A DNA stretch of 64,000 nt from Eubacteriales bacterium. GTDB lineage: Bacteria > Bacillota > Clostridia > Oscillospirales > CAG-272. The notes beneath the pieces were generated by a model that saw only the letters and a list, made by a program, of their open reading frames with translations, was not told the origin of the DNA and searched no databases. Shown here piece after piece: positions 9,562 to 19,635 of the stretch. The stretch spans positions 68,288 to 132,287 of the forward strand of contig JAZRDI010000006.1 in assembly GCA_045660185.1 (NCBI GenBank), written 5' to 3'. The position numbers and the translations under genes are program-made. How positions within the stretch are numbered: the stretch's first letter is position 1; each line of letters begins with the position of its first letter.

Positions 9562-10310
9562 TACATTATGTCTACGGGATACATGATTTTGAGCTGATTG
9601 ATTTTGCTGTCGTAGGCGGCTCTTTTGCTCTCCATTTCAAGATGTTCTCGAATTGCAGATTTAACTTCTGCGAAATCAGCTACTCTGGAATCTTCCTTGG
9701 AATTAAGCTTTATAAGGTGATAACCGAATTGAGTTTTGACAGGAGTTTTCGTAATTTCGCCAACGTTCATTGAGAAAACTGCTTCATCAAATTCGGGTAC
9801 CATTTGACCTTTTGTGAATTCTCCGAGAGAACCGCCGTTTTCTTTTGAGGGGCAAGAGGAGTTTTCCTTTGCAGCGTCCTCGAAGCTTATTTCACCGGAT
9901 GCTATTTTTTCGTAAATGGAAACGGCAAGCTCTTCGGATTCAACCAAAATGTGACTGGCATTCACAACCGCGCCGCTTTCAAATCTGCTTCTATTTTCGT
10001 CGTAGTATTTTTTAACGTCATCTTCACTGACTCTTTTTGCGCCCAATATAGCCTTTTCGGCTGCATAATTTGCGAGAAGGTTGTCGCGAACCTTTGCGAG
10101 CTGAGCTCTGAAATCTGCCTCTGCCTCGAAGAGATTTCTTTTCGCATCGAGCAAGAGAAGCTTGGAGTCAATAAGCTGCTTTAAAATCATCGCTCTACCT
10201 TGGGGATTGTTGTAGCTTTCAGCTTTAGGTCCGAGAGTTGCGAGAAATTCATCAACCTCGGAAGATGTGATTGGCGTACCGCCAACTGTTGCAAGAATTT
10301 TAGTTTCCAT
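9561..10310 (-). CDS. Parvulin-type peptidyl-prolyl cis-trans isomerase (PpiC/PrsA family, no obvious signal peptide)
   Basis: ASHILV ... FGYHLIKL rotamase motifs. I prefer the ATG at 10310, which is preceded by AAGGAG, over the track start at 10337. Confidence 0.85.
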   Translation of the reverse strand: METKILATVGGTPITSSEVDEFLATLGPKAESYNNPQGRAMILKQLIDSKLLLLDAKRNLFEAEADFRAQLAKVRDNLLANYAAEKAILGAKRVSEDDVKKYYDENRSRFESGAVVNASHILVESEELAVSIYEKIASGEISFEDAAKENSSCPSKENGGSLGEFTKGQMVPEFDEAVFSMNVGEITKTPVKTQFGYHLIKLNSKEDSRVADFAEVKSAIREHLEMESKRAAYDSKINQLKIMYPVDIM

Positions 10311-10356
10311 AATATATCTCCTTGATTTTGTAAACAATTATTTTCAAATATTCGAA

Positions 10357-11724
10357 TTATCGTATTCTTAATCCTTTTGGATAGTGATTTTTAACTCTTC
10401 CGGAACTAACCTTTCCGCCTCCCATAGAAGAGCCTTTGTATAGAAGTGCGCAGTATCCGGATTGCGATTCTCTTTGCACGTTTAGCTCTTCTCCTGCGAG
10501 ATAAAGCTTTGCTTCGTCCTCAGATAAATCTATCTTGATTTTGAAAAGGTCTCCGTATGCGGAGAAGAATTGATGCGAGGGAAATAGGTTCTTACCGCGT
10601 ATCTCTCCTATAAGTACGCCTGCGGAAAAGACGCTTCGAGGCGGGATAGGCATACCGTGTGAAATAATAACGAGGTTTTCACCGCATTTTTTTATTTTTC
10701 CGTCGGGGCGTTTTATGAGAGATGATTTAAAGAAGTCTTCTACAATGCGAAGCTCGTCACGAGTGGGGTCTTTTGCGCTGTCTTTATATAAAAACTCGCC
10801 ACGCCCCCCATCGTTTTTCTGCATAAGGGCTATAAATTGCCCCTCGCCTATTGCTTTGTGAGGATAGAATCTGCGGCATTTATATAAATCGCTTTGAGTA
10901 GCGCCGTCAAACTCTATTCCGTCGGAGGTAACGTTTCTAACCTCCTCCTTCACGTCGCAGAGTGAAAAATCGCTGTGACTGTTTAAAAATTCGTCAACGG
11001 TCATTTCGTTTTCTTCGAGCGAATAGGTGCAGGTTGAGTAAAGAAGCTTACCGCCGCACTTTAAAATTTTTGAGGCGTTTTCAAGAATATCTTTCTGTCT
11101 TTCTTTGCAAAGCATGACGTTTTCTTCGCTCCATTCTTCTATTGCGGGAACGTCTTTTCTGAACATTCCTTCGCCCGAGCAAGGTGCGTCAACAACGACT
11201 ATATCAAAAATGTTTTCGTAAAGCTTCGTAAACTCATTCGTATCAAGAGAGGTTACAATTCCGTTGCGGATTCCCATTCTTTCAAAATTTCCGACGAGAA
11301 TTTTTGCTCTTTTCGGAACGTATTCGTTTGAGAGAATAACGCCATCTCCCATAAGAGAAGCGGCTATTTGAGTTGACTTTCCGCCCGGAGCGGCACAAAG
11401 GTCTGCGATAAGCATACCGGGTTCAATGTCAAGCACGGCGGCACTCGCCATAGCTCCGGGGTCTTGAACGTAGAATTGCCCCGATGCATGCGCGGGAGTA
11501 TTTCCTATTCCGCTGATTTCTTCATCGAAGGAATAGCCGTGCTTCACGTAAGAAAGGGAGGAGAGCGGAAGATTTGAGCTTTTAATAAAATCTGTATCCG
11601 AGCATTTTAACGTATTGACGCGCAGTCCTTTTTTTGCTTTTTCTTCGGTGAGGGCGCGCTCAAAGTCGTCGTATTCGTCTTTCAGAATGCTTTTCATTCT
11701 TTCTTTGAATTTTTCGGGAAGCAT
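10357..11724 (-). CDS. RsmB/RsmF-family rRNA cytosine-C5 methyltransferase (NOL1/NOP2/Sun)
   Basis: SAM motif DLCAAPGGKS and catalytic DAPCSGEG / YSTCT motifs. I prefer the ATG at 11724 (GAAAGGAG RBS) over 11778. Confidence 0.85.
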   Translation of the reverse strand: MLPEKFKERMKSILKDEYDDFERALTEEKAKKGLRVNTLKCSDTDFIKSSNLPLSSLSYVKHGYSFDEEISGIGNTPAHASGQFYVQDPGAMASAAVLDIEPGMLIADLCAAPGGKSTQIAASLMGDGVILSNEYVPKRAKILVGNFERMGIRNGIVTSLDTNEFTKLYENIFDIVVVDAPCSGEGMFRKDVPAIEEWSEENVMLCKERQKDILENASKILKCGGKLLYSTCTYSLEENEMTVDEFLNSHSDFSLCDVKEEVRNVTSDGIEFDGATQSDLYKCRRFYPHKAIGEGQFIALMQKNDGGRGEFLYKDSAKDPTRDELRIVEDFFKSSLIKRPDGKIKKCGENLVIISHGMPIPPRSVFSAGVLIGEIRGKNLFPSHQFFSAYGDLFKIKIDLSEDEAKLYLAGEELNVQRESQSGYCALLYKGSSMGGGKVSSGRVKNHYPKGLRIR

Positions 11725-12001
11725 ACTCTCTCCTTTCAAAAAACGCCTTAACATTTTAGCAGATGTATTATTGTACAATATTTTGTCGATTAAGTCAACA
11801 CTCGAACGAACGATTTTCGCTTAACTATTAAAAAATATTATTCTTTTTGCTTTTTTGCGTTATTTCAAGATTTTTTAAGGTTAATATAATAATTATAATA
11901 TAGTGGCAGATTTGTGCGGTAACGTTAAAATTTGCCTAATACGAGAATGTTGTTAACGATGCGCCAAATTTTTTGGTGTAATGCAAAGAAAGGAATAAAT
12001 T

Positions 12002-13735
12002 ATGGCATTTAAAAACAGAAAAAATAACTATCCGCTTTATGAAACGACTAAATTCCGCGATTTCAGAGAAATGACTGAAAACGTAGCGAAGCGTTATCCC
12101 GATAAGGTGGCATTTCAGTATAAGCTCGAACCAAAGGATAAAGTAACGCAGAAGGTAACCTTTGCCGAGGCGAGAGAATTCATCAAAAATCTTGCAACCG
12201 AGCTTCATTCTATGAACGTTGCCGGCAAGCGCGTTGCAATTATAGGTCAAGCATCGGTTGAGTGGTTCTTTTCTTATACTGCTCTTATGTCTGTTGGTGC
12301 TATCACAGTACCTATTGATAAGGAGCTTCCCGTTGCTGATACCGCTTCTATCATAAATACCGCAGAATGCGAATACGTATTTTTCACCGATAAGATTGCA
12401 GAAAAAATTACGGAGCTTAAGGCATTAACTCCCACGCTCTCAAATTGCGTATCTATGGGAAACGAGGATATAGCTTGGGCAACGAAGCTTACAGCGCTCG
12501 TTGAAGCGGGAAAGGCAAGATGTGATGAGGGAGACCGTTCTTACTTTGACTATGAGATAGATGACAAAGCTCTCGCATCTATAGTTTTTACGTCGGGAAC
12601 AACCGGCAAGGGTAAGGGCGTTATGCTTTCTCTTAAGAATATTTGCTCGGATATGGAGCAGGGAATGTATAACTTCAATATAACCGAGAGAACGCTCTTT
12701 GCGCTTCCTCCGCATCATACGTTTGGCTCTACCGTAAACTTTGTAGGTCACTTTGCTCAAGGATGCGAAATATACATTTCATCGGGAATACGCTATATTC
12801 TTGATGAGCTTAAGCTTTTCAAGCCCACTCACCTTATACTCGTCCCCCTCTTCGTAGAAACCTTCTATAAGAGAATTATGGCTACCGCGGAGAAGACGGG
12901 TAAGCTCGATAAGCTTAAGAAGGGAATTAAGATTTCTAACGCGCTTCGCAAAGTCGGAATTGATTTGAGAAAGAAGCTCTTCGGTGACTCGGTTCTTTCG
13001 AACTTCGGCGGCGAGCTTGAAATGATAATATGCGGAGGAGCAGCGCTCAACCAGACCATTATTGATTTCTTTGAGTCTATAGGCGTTGTAATTCTCAACG
13101 GATACGGAATTACCGAATGTGCGCCCCTTATTTCCTGTAACAGAAACGAGTGCAGAAAGAACGGCTCGGTAGGAATGCCAATTATAGGCGGCGAGGTTAA
13201 GATCGCCAATCCCAACGAAGCAGGCGAGGGTGAAATTTGTTATCGCGGTCCTAACGTAATGCTTGGATATTTCGGCGATGAGGCGGCAACCAAAGCGGTT
13301 ATTGACGAGGACGGATTCTTCCATACGGGCGATCTCGGTTACGTAAAAATGTTCGGTAAGGATCAGTGGATATATATTACCGGAAGAAGCAAAAACCTTA
13401 TAATTTTCTCTAACGGTAAAAACGTATATCCCGAGGAGATTGAAACGGATATTCAGGGCGTTTACGGTGTGAACGAGGTCGTTGTTTACGCCGGCGAATC
13501 GAAGTCCGATCCTTCAAAGGAAGTAATCGTGGCTGAAATTTATCCGGATTTTGATGCTTTGAAGCTTCATAATATAGATGATGCGCAGAAGTATTTCGAT
13601 GATGAAATCAAGAAGATAAACGCTAAAAATGTTTCCTATAAGACCGTTGGTAAGGTTAAGATAAGAAACGAAGAATTCCCCAAAAATACATCAAGAAAAA
13701 TAACTCGTTTCAAGCTTGATAAATCTATAGATTAA
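12002..13735 (+). CDS. AMP-dependent synthetase / long-chain fatty-acid--CoA ligase
   Basis: AMP-binding signature FTSGTTGKGKGVMLS, plus GYGITE and TGDLGY motifs. Confidence 0.85.
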   Translation: MAFKNRKNNYPLYETTKFRDFREMTENVAKRYPDKVAFQYKLEPKDKVTQKVTFAEAREFIKNLATELHSMNVAGKRVAIIGQASVEWFFSYTALMSVGAITVPIDKELPVADTASIINTAECEYVFFTDKIAEKITELKALTPTLSNCVSMGNEDIAWATKLTALVEAGKARCDEGDRSYFDYEIDDKALASIVFTSGTTGKGKGVMLSLKNICSDMEQGMYNFNITERTLFALPPHHTFGSTVNFVGHFAQGCEIYISSGIRYILDELKLFKPTHLILVPLFVETFYKRIMATAEKTGKLDKLKKGIKISNALRKVGIDLRKKLFGDSVLSNFGGELEMIICGGAALNQTIIDFFESIGVVILNGYGITECAPLISCNRNECRKNGSVGMPIIGGEVKIANPNEAGEGEICYRGPNVMLGYFGDEAATKAVIDEDGFFHTGDLGYVKMFGKDQWIYITGRSKNLIIFSNGKNVYPEEIETDIQGVYGVNEVVVYAGESKSDPSKEVIVAEIYPDFDALKLHNIDDAQKYFDDEIKKINAKNVSYKTVGKVKIRNEEFPKNTSRKITRFKLDKSID

Positions 13736-13806
13736 CGCAGTTTGGACGTATATTGGCAATTTTACAAAAAATGCTAAAATTTAACGCAAAAAATATCAGT
13801 AATTGC

Positions 13807-13835
13807 TTGACAAAACTTTAATAATGTGTTATCAT
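13807..13835 (+). promoter_or_regulatory. sigma-A type promoter for yccF
   Basis: TTGACA (13807-13812), 17 nt, TGt-TATCAT (13830-13835). Confidence 0.55.
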
Positions 13836-13866
13836 TAATTGTATCTATTTGGAAAGGAGCCGGAAT

Positions 13867-14229
13867 ATGAGATTTTTATCAAGAGTATTATGGCTTGTTA
13901 CGTCCGGTGTTCCGTATTTTTTACTTTATCTTGTGTGCGGAGTTGCGTGCTGCTTGTCCATCGTTGGTATTCCTTTTGGAATCCAGTTCTTCAAGTTGAT
14001 GAGAGTTGCGCTTAGACCGTATAGTTGCGACGTAGAGGTTGAGCCCGGCGAGCATCTTGTTTCTAACTTGCTTTGGGATGCTACTTTTGGTCTTGCAATA
14101 GCTATTGAGCAGTTTGCTTTGGGCATTGTATGGTGCGCTACTATCATTGGTATTCCTTTTGGAATTCATTCATTCAAGCTTATGAAGGTTGCTTACGCGC
14201 CTTTTGGAGCGGAGATAGATTTCGATTAA
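13867..14229 (+). CDS. yccF: YccF-domain inner membrane protein (DUF307)
   Basis: Two internal repeats, IVGIPFGIQFFKLMRVALRPY and IIGIPFGIHSFKLMKVAYAPFG. ATG at 13867 follows GGAAAGGAG. Confidence 0.8.
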   Translation: MRFLSRVLWLVTSGVPYFLLYLVCGVACCLSIVGIPFGIQFFKLMRVALRPYSCDVEVEPGEHLVSNLLWDATFGLAIAIEQFALGIVWCATIIGIPFGIHSFKLMKVAYAPFGAEIDFD

Positions 14230-14254
14230 TGCATTAAGCATTCAGTGCAATTTT

Positions 14255-14287
14255 AGAGGCTGTCACTATGACAGCCTCTCGTTTTAT
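14255..14287 (+). terminator. Rho-independent terminator after yccF
   Basis: AGAGGCTGTCA-cta-TGACAGCCTCT (11-bp stem), followed by CGTTTTA. Confidence 0.6.
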
Positions 14288-14377
14288 ACAAGTGATTAGA
14301 ACGCTTTTGAATTTATTTTAGTGTGAATTGTTGTAAACGTTTTTTTAAAAATGCGAGCGTACTAAAAAGGAGGTTTT

Positions 14378-15652
14378 ATGAAAAGAGAAATAGAATTAAC
14401 CACCGCAAACGGAGTTAAAATATATTCGTATAAAAATCCTGCGTTACATGGATTTTATATATCGCTTTTCGTTAAAGCCGGCGTTATGTATGAGTCGGAG
14501 CAAGAATGTGGAATAACGCATTTTCTCGAGCATGCCATCATAAGAAATATAAACAAGCTATATGGTATGAAGTTGTATTCGGAGCTCGATAAAAAGGGTG
14601 TAGAGTTCAATGCATCAACCTTTAGCGAAATGGTTCAATTCTATATAAGCGGAGCGTCATCGGAGTTTGTATTTGGAAGCGACGTTATTTCCAAAGCATT
14701 GGATTCTCTCGTTTTATCAAAGGACGAGATAGACGCAGAGAGAAAGCGTATCAAAGCAGAGATAAGAGAGAGTGACGATAAAACCTCTCTTGCATCCTTT
14801 TCTTCGAAGATAGTTTTCGAAGGAACTCCGCTTTCGCGCTCGATTATCGGAACGAATAGCTCGGTCGATAAAATCAATGCGACAAAGCTTGAATTATATC
14901 GAAAAAAGGTGCTGGCAAGCGGTAATATGTTTTTCTATCTTACCGGTAATTTTTCAGACGATGATATAGCGCATCTTACGAGCCTCATAGAGTCAAAAAA
15001 CGTCTTAAAAGCTGTTGATAACAGGGACAACGTTGCCGCAGTACCCAAAGAATTTTCAAAAAGGCATGGTGACGTGTATATTAAAAACGCGGATTTTGCT
15101 ATGGCTCGCTTTACGTTTGATATAGATATGTCAAAATTCTCCGTGGCGGAAATAGATTTGGTTTATGATATTCTGCTTTCAGGATATAATTCGAAGCTTT
15201 TTGTTGAGCTAAGTGAAAAAAGAGGACTTTGCTACGATATAAGCGGTGGTACTGAAAGATATAAAAATATAGGTACTTTTCATTTTTCATTCGAGTTAAA
15301 GCAAAAGGATTTGTATGACGCGGTTGGTATAGTTGTGGATATACTTAGTGAAATGAAGAACAAAATTCTCCGTGAAGATGAATGTATGAAAGCGGGATAC
15401 GTGAGTAATGCTTACATGCTTTATGACGATTTTAGAGAACTAAACTTTACATTTTCATATGATAATCATATTATGGGAGAAAAATATTCATCTATAGAGG
15501 ATAGAATAAACCGTTACAAAAAAATAAAAACCGAAAGAATTCGTGAGGTTGCTAACGATATTTTTGCGTTCAATAATCTCACCTTCACTATGAAAGGCGA
15601 TAAGAAAAAAATCGATAAGGAGCAAATTCTTGCTCATCTTAAAAGATTGTAA
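14378..15652 (+). CDS. M16-family (insulinase/pitrilysin-like) zinc peptidase
   Basis: Inverted zinc motif HFLEH near the N-terminus; size of 424 aa fits the family. Confidence 0.8.
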   Translation: MKREIELTTANGVKIYSYKNPALHGFYISLFVKAGVMYESEQECGITHFLEHAIIRNINKLYGMKLYSELDKKGVEFNASTFSEMVQFYISGASSEFVFGSDVISKALDSLVLSKDEIDAERKRIKAEIRESDDKTSLASFSSKIVFEGTPLSRSIIGTNSSVDKINATKLELYRKKVLASGNMFFYLTGNFSDDDIAHLTSLIESKNVLKAVDNRDNVAAVPKEFSKRHGDVYIKNADFAMARFTFDIDMSKFSVAEIDLVYDILLSGYNSKLFVELSEKRGLCYDISGGTERYKNIGTFHFSFELKQKDLYDAVGIVVDILSEMKNKILREDECMKAGYVSNAYMLYDDFRELNFTFSYDNHIMGEKYSSIEDRINRYKKIKTERIREVANDIFAFNNLTFTMKGDKKKIDKEQILAHLKRL

Positions 15653-15775
15653 AAACGTAAAATCAACTTGAACAAACGAGCTGTCTTGTTGAAATTTAAG
15701 AAAACAAACGCAAGACATAAAAAGATATTGAGTATTACTAAACGTTTATTATAAAGTTTTTTAAGCTTGTATAAA

Positions 15776-15821
15776 GAAACGGCAGAAGCACTGTTTTAAC
15801 CGATAATGCTTCCGCCGTTTC
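15776..15821. terminator. Bidirectional terminator between convergent genes
   Basis: GAAACGGCAGAAGCA ... TGCTTCCGCCGTTTC stem with one G-U/mismatch, between the 14378-15652 (+) and 15858-16430 (-) genes. Confidence 0.55.
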
Positions 15822-15857
15822 TCTATTATTATGCGACAATATGTTTGTAATTGAATT

Positions 15858-16430
15858 TTATATTAAGAATGAAAGGAATCCAAGCACTCCGTAGCTTGCG
15901 AGGCACATTATAAGTCCGCATCCCAAAACACCGAGCGTTATGGCGAGAAAGGATTTAAGTTTAGGGAATCCAAACAGTGCCGCCACGAGTGATCCCGTCC
16001 AAGCTCCCGTTCCGGGAAATGGGATAAGAACGAAAAGTAAAAGTCCTAAAAAAGCGCCCCTCGGCATTTCAGAGCAAAGAGTCGAACAATCTGTGTTAAT
16101 CGAATTTGCGGTAGAACCAAATTCAGCGGAATTCAACGTTTCATGGGAGTTGTCCGATGATTTAGCGCCTATTTTATGCTTGTTTTTCATAGCCTTGCTT
16201 CTCACCCAACGAACTATGGGACGAAAAATTTTAAAGCGCTCCATAATGTCAAGCACGTAGGGAATAAGAAGTAAAATAAACGGTACGGGTATGAGATTTC
16301 CTACCACCGCTAAAATGTAATTAAGGTAGAAGGGAAGTCCAAGCACGCTACCTACGGGAATTGCTCCTCGAAGCTCAATAAGAGGTACCATTGATATGAA
16401 GAGTACCCAAAAAATATTTCTTGTGTTCAT
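15858..16430 (-). CDS. Small multidrug-export-like membrane protein (COG2426/Sm_multidrug_ex-like)
   Basis: VPLIELRGAIPVG N-terminal motif and a polytopic membrane profile with a hydrophilic insert. Confidence 0.55.
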   Translation of the reverse strand: MNTRNIFWVLFISMVPLIELRGAIPVGSVLGLPFYLNYILAVVGNLIPVPFILLLIPYVLDIMERFKIFRPIVRWVRSKAMKNKHKIGAKSSDNSHETLNSAEFGSTANSINTDCSTLCSEMPRGAFLGLLLFVLIPFPGTGAWTGSLVAALFGFPKLKSFLAITLGVLGCGLIMCLASYGVLGFLSFLI

Positions 16431-16478
16431 TTTGTTTCCTACTGTTTTTAAGATAATCTTATTGTATCACAAAAAACT

Positions 16479-16520
16479 AAAAAAATCAAGCGTAGCTTAT
16501 TGCGAACGCTTGATTTTTTA
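16479..16520 (-). terminator. Rho-independent terminator downstream of the 16540-17316 gene
   Basis: TCAAGCGT / ACGCTTGA stem flanked by an A-run and a T-run. On the minus strand the hairpin is followed by TTTTTTT. Confidence 0.6.
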
Positions 16521-16539
16521 TTTTTAAATTGTCATTAAG

Positions 16540-17316
16540 TTACGCTTGCGGGAGAGTTGCGTTGTTTTTTTCAAGTTTCTCAGCTTCGTCGATCTCATCG
16601 TTTCGGGGTTGATGCGAGCCTTTGATTTTATCAACGAGTTTGCAAAGTCCGTATCCCGATTGCATGCCGAGCGTCAAAACAACCGTTACTCCAAGGTAGT
16701 AAGCAAGAACGGTAGCCTCATAGCTTCCGAAAATATCAAGCATATATATTGCATATCTATTTGGGTTAAGGTTGAAGCAATACGTGTCGAGTACGAGATT
16801 TAAGAAAATACCAAAGCTTATCCAGCCGAGTAAGAAAACTATCGCCTTTATCCAGTGATTGAAGTCGGGTTTGACTTGTCCTGTGAGCATGAGATAAAGT
16901 CCGAAAAGCGCCGCCAAGATGTGACACATAGCCTCTGTGGCATAAGCGAATGTTGCCTCTGTTTTGTAGTTGAAAATTACCACGTATTCCGGGCTGATAA
17001 GTGTTGCAAGAAAGAGTCCAAGGTGCAGAAACGCTATTGCCGAATATGCGTATTCCTTCGTTTTTTCGTTCATAAAAACTGTAAGAGGAATAAGAGTGAA
17101 GGTGAATGGACTTATGTTTTCAAGGGTCATAAATCCATCCTTTAACCATCCCTTTTCGGCATAAGCGATATTCCATAAAAGATAAAGAATCATATCGACT
17201 ATTATGAAAACAGTCGTGCAAATCTTTATGTTCAGCTTATCTCTGTAGAAACAGAGAAAGAATAGAGTGATAAAGTAACATGCAACACCAACGCCGAGCA
17301 TTAATTGCATATTCAT
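16540..17316 (-). CDS. Hypothetical polytopic membrane protein
   Basis: 258 aa with 7-8 hydrophobic segments and an acidic C-terminal tail. No family recognised. Confidence 0.5.
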   Translation of the reverse strand: MNMQLMLGVGVACYFITLFFLCFYRDKLNIKICTTVFIIVDMILYLLWNIAYAEKGWLKDGFMTLENISPFTFTLIPLTVFMNEKTKEYAYSAIAFLHLGLFLATLISPEYVVIFNYKTEATFAYATEAMCHILAALFGLYLMLTGQVKPDFNHWIKAIVFLLGWISFGIFLNLVLDTYCFNLNPNRYAIYMLDIFGSYEATVLAYYLGVTVVLTLGMQSGYGLCKLVDKIKGSHQPRNDEIDEAEKLEKNNATLPQA

Positions 17317-17328
17317 AAGGAGTACCTC

Positions 17329-18453
17329 TTAATCTTCGGAGTCTTTATTGGATGAGTCAGGCTCTTCGTCCGTGTAACCGTAGGAAACGGTTATGTTTCC
17401 GCTAACCCAGTCACTTGCCCATTGTGACGGCAATTCATCCGCGGATTCTGCATATACGTACACGGTAGCTTCGTTAGTATCAAATGCCGCGTGACCGATG
17501 ATTTTTGTGTTTTTGGGTATTACAACATATTTAAGAGAAGAGCAGCCGGAGAATGCGTATAACTGAATCGTATGAAGCGTGTCGGGAAGATTTATGCTTT
17601 CAAGAGCGGTGCAATTTGCAAATGCAGAAGCGCCGATTGATAGATAAGGCTCGATAACGGTGATTTCTTCTTCGTTTTCCGCTTCATCAAATATGTTTTC
17701 GCGCTCCTCAACTTCGTAGAACGTTACTTTTTTAAGGTTGGAGCAACCCTCAAACGCGCTATCGCTTATGCTCTTGATGGTGGACGGAATTCTAATTTCA
17801 ACGAGCGAGTCGCAACCGATGAAGGCAAACGCGCCAAGCTCTTCAATGCGTTCGGGAAGGGTTATGGATTCAAGGCTCTTGCAACCCGAGAATGCGTAGT
17901 CACCTATTTTGAGAGTAGTGTCCGGCAATTCAATGGAAAGCAACTTTTCGCATCCCGCGAAAGCCCTGTTACCTATTTTAAGAATACCGTCAAGAAGATG
18001 AATGTTAGTGATTTTTTTGCGATTTTCAAACGCGTTGTCGGTTATTGCGAGAACCTTAAGGTCATTGTGGTATGCGCCGATGTAAACATTGCCGGCAAGA
18101 TACTCGTAGCATCCTGAAATTTCCGTGTAGGTTGCGCCGTCAATTTGGTTATAAACGATACCGGGTGTGGTTTCATATTCCCATATTGCCGTGATTTTAA
18201 TGTTATGCGTGATTTCACGGTAATTTCCGCTCCAACCACGAAGATAGTGACCTTCTTTAGCAACCGAGGGGGGATTGGCGCTATGTCCTTGAGTTACGTG
18301 TTGCTCAAGATTTCCCGATAGCAATGTTCCTCCGTCGATGTCAAAAATAACAGTGTATTGCTTCTTTCCTGAAAAGAATATCAAAATGAGGACTATTGCT
18401 ATTGCGATAAATTCAACTCCAAGAATGAGAGCAAGCTTTAATTTGTGTTTCAT
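17329..18453 (-). CDS. Membrane-anchored surface protein with an InlB B-repeat (Flg_new)-like module and BspA-type leucine-rich repeats
   Basis: N-terminal TM segment; YTVIFDIDGGTL...HYLRGWSG; then repeated I.D.AF..C..L..I.LP units (LRR_5-like). Confidence 0.72.
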   Translation of the reverse strand: MKHKLKLALILGVEFIAIAIVLILIFFSGKKQYTVIFDIDGGTLLSGNLEQHVTQGHSANPPSVAKEGHYLRGWSGNYREITHNIKITAIWEYETTPGIVYNQIDGATYTEISGCYEYLAGNVYIGAYHNDLKVLAITDNAFENRKKITNIHLLDGILKIGNRAFAGCEKLLSIELPDTTLKIGDYAFSGCKSLESITLPERIEELGAFAFIGCDSLVEIRIPSTIKSISDSAFEGCSNLKKVTFYEVEERENIFDEAENEEEITVIEPYLSIGASAFANCTALESINLPDTLHTIQLYAFSGCSSLKYVVIPKNTKIIGHAAFDTNEATVYVYAESADELPSQWASDWVSGNITVSYGYTDEEPDSSNKDSED

Positions 18454-18579
18454 TTTGCCTCCTTAAAACGTTTTCTCGTCCAATATAGCGTGGGATGTGA
18501 TAAACGAAAAAATAATTAATAGCATATAAATAATATCACAAATGCAGACAAATGTCAAATATTTTTTGTTAACTTTTTA

Positions 18580-18628
18580 AAAACACCCCCAAGCTTGTTG
18601 GAATTTCTTTAAACCATTAGCTTGGGGG
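18580..18628 (-). terminator. Rho-independent terminator downstream of the 18662-18898 gene
   Basis: CCCCCAAGCT / AGCTTGGGGG 10-bp stem (18586-18628). The minus-strand reading is followed by TGTTTTT. Confidence 0.55.
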
Positions 18629-18661
18629 ATTTTGTTTTGTTGTTAACTTTGAGTTGAAGGT

Positions 18662-18898
18662 TTAATTTTCGTCATTAAATACGATAAGAGCGAGCATAAG
18701 ACTAACTGCGCTTCCAAAAATAAACAATACTCCAAGGTTACCGATAAGGTTACTGACGAAGGGCTTGCCGGGTTCGGGATTCCAGGTGAGAGATATTCCC
18801 GAGTCGGTTACGAAATGGAAGAAGAAATAGTTTATAACGAAGATGCACGCTGCTATAATGATCATCCATAACGAAAGTTTTAAAAGTTTGTTTTTCAT
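18662..18898 (-). CDS. Small hypothetical membrane protein (2 TM)
   Basis: 78 aa with two hydrophobic helices; sits in an operon position after the lipoprotein gene. Confidence 0.45.
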   Translation of the reverse strand: MKNKLLKLSLWMIIIAACIFVINYFFFHFVTDSGISLTWNPEPGKPFVSNLIGNLGVLFIFGSAVSLMLALIVFNDEN

Positions 18899-18937
18899 TT
18901 TTTACTCCTTTATATGTAGATGTGTTTTATTAATGTT

Positions 18938-19519
18938 TTAAACTTCGTTTGTTTTTCTTGAATAATAGTCAAAAGGATCTATTCTCAATCTTTTGAAGTA
19001 CTCAACGTTTTCAAGGCTGTACTCGCCATTCTCTTCTACAAGGAAAAGAACGAATATAACTCTCGGTTTAGTCTTGTGATATATTACCTTTTCGATATTT
19101 GCAGATTTAACCTGATATTCTTCGTATTCAAATTCATATTCGTCGCTGAAGATGATTTCGTTGTAATCGGTCGAGTGGAAAGCGTCTTTTGTTGTTTTTT
19201 GACGCGTGTCACCCGTAACCTTTGCCATTAACGCTTCAAAGTCTGCTTCGGGCATTGTTATGTCAAGATAGATTTCGTAAGCAAGCGTGGGGGCACTGTT
19301 CATAGCGTAATAATATCTGCTAACGGTGTACGCCGATATGCTCTCGGGATAATAATCGGGTATCTTTACCGAGCTGTTAAAGCTACCGTATTTTGCGGGA
19401 TCTGTGATATTTTCGGATTTACCCGACGATAAAAGCGCGCTGCCGAGTATAAAGAGAGAGCAACCTGTATTTGCTACGAGTGAGATACATATAACCAATG
19501 CTAAAAGTATTTTCTTCAT
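18938..19519 (-). CDS. Hypothetical lipoprotein
   Basis: Signal peptide with lipobox ANTGC. No family recognised. Confidence 0.55.
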   Translation of the reverse strand: MKKILLALVICISLVANTGCSLFILGSALLSSGKSENITDPAKYGSFNSSVKIPDYYPESISAYTVSRYYYAMNSAPTLAYEIYLDITMPEADFEALMAKVTGDTRQKTTKDAFHSTDYNEIIFSDEYEFEYEEYQVKSANIEKVIYHKTKPRVIFVLFLVEENGEYSLENVEYFKRLRIDPFDYYSRKTNEV

Positions 19520-19635
19520 AAATTCCTCCGTCCTGCGCGCAATTGTTGATTGTTTGCAGGTTTTTTAGTTTTTAATTTATTTTAACGTGTCGATAAAATG
19601 AAATTTTCATCGCGGATAAGCTGAAAAACGAGAGT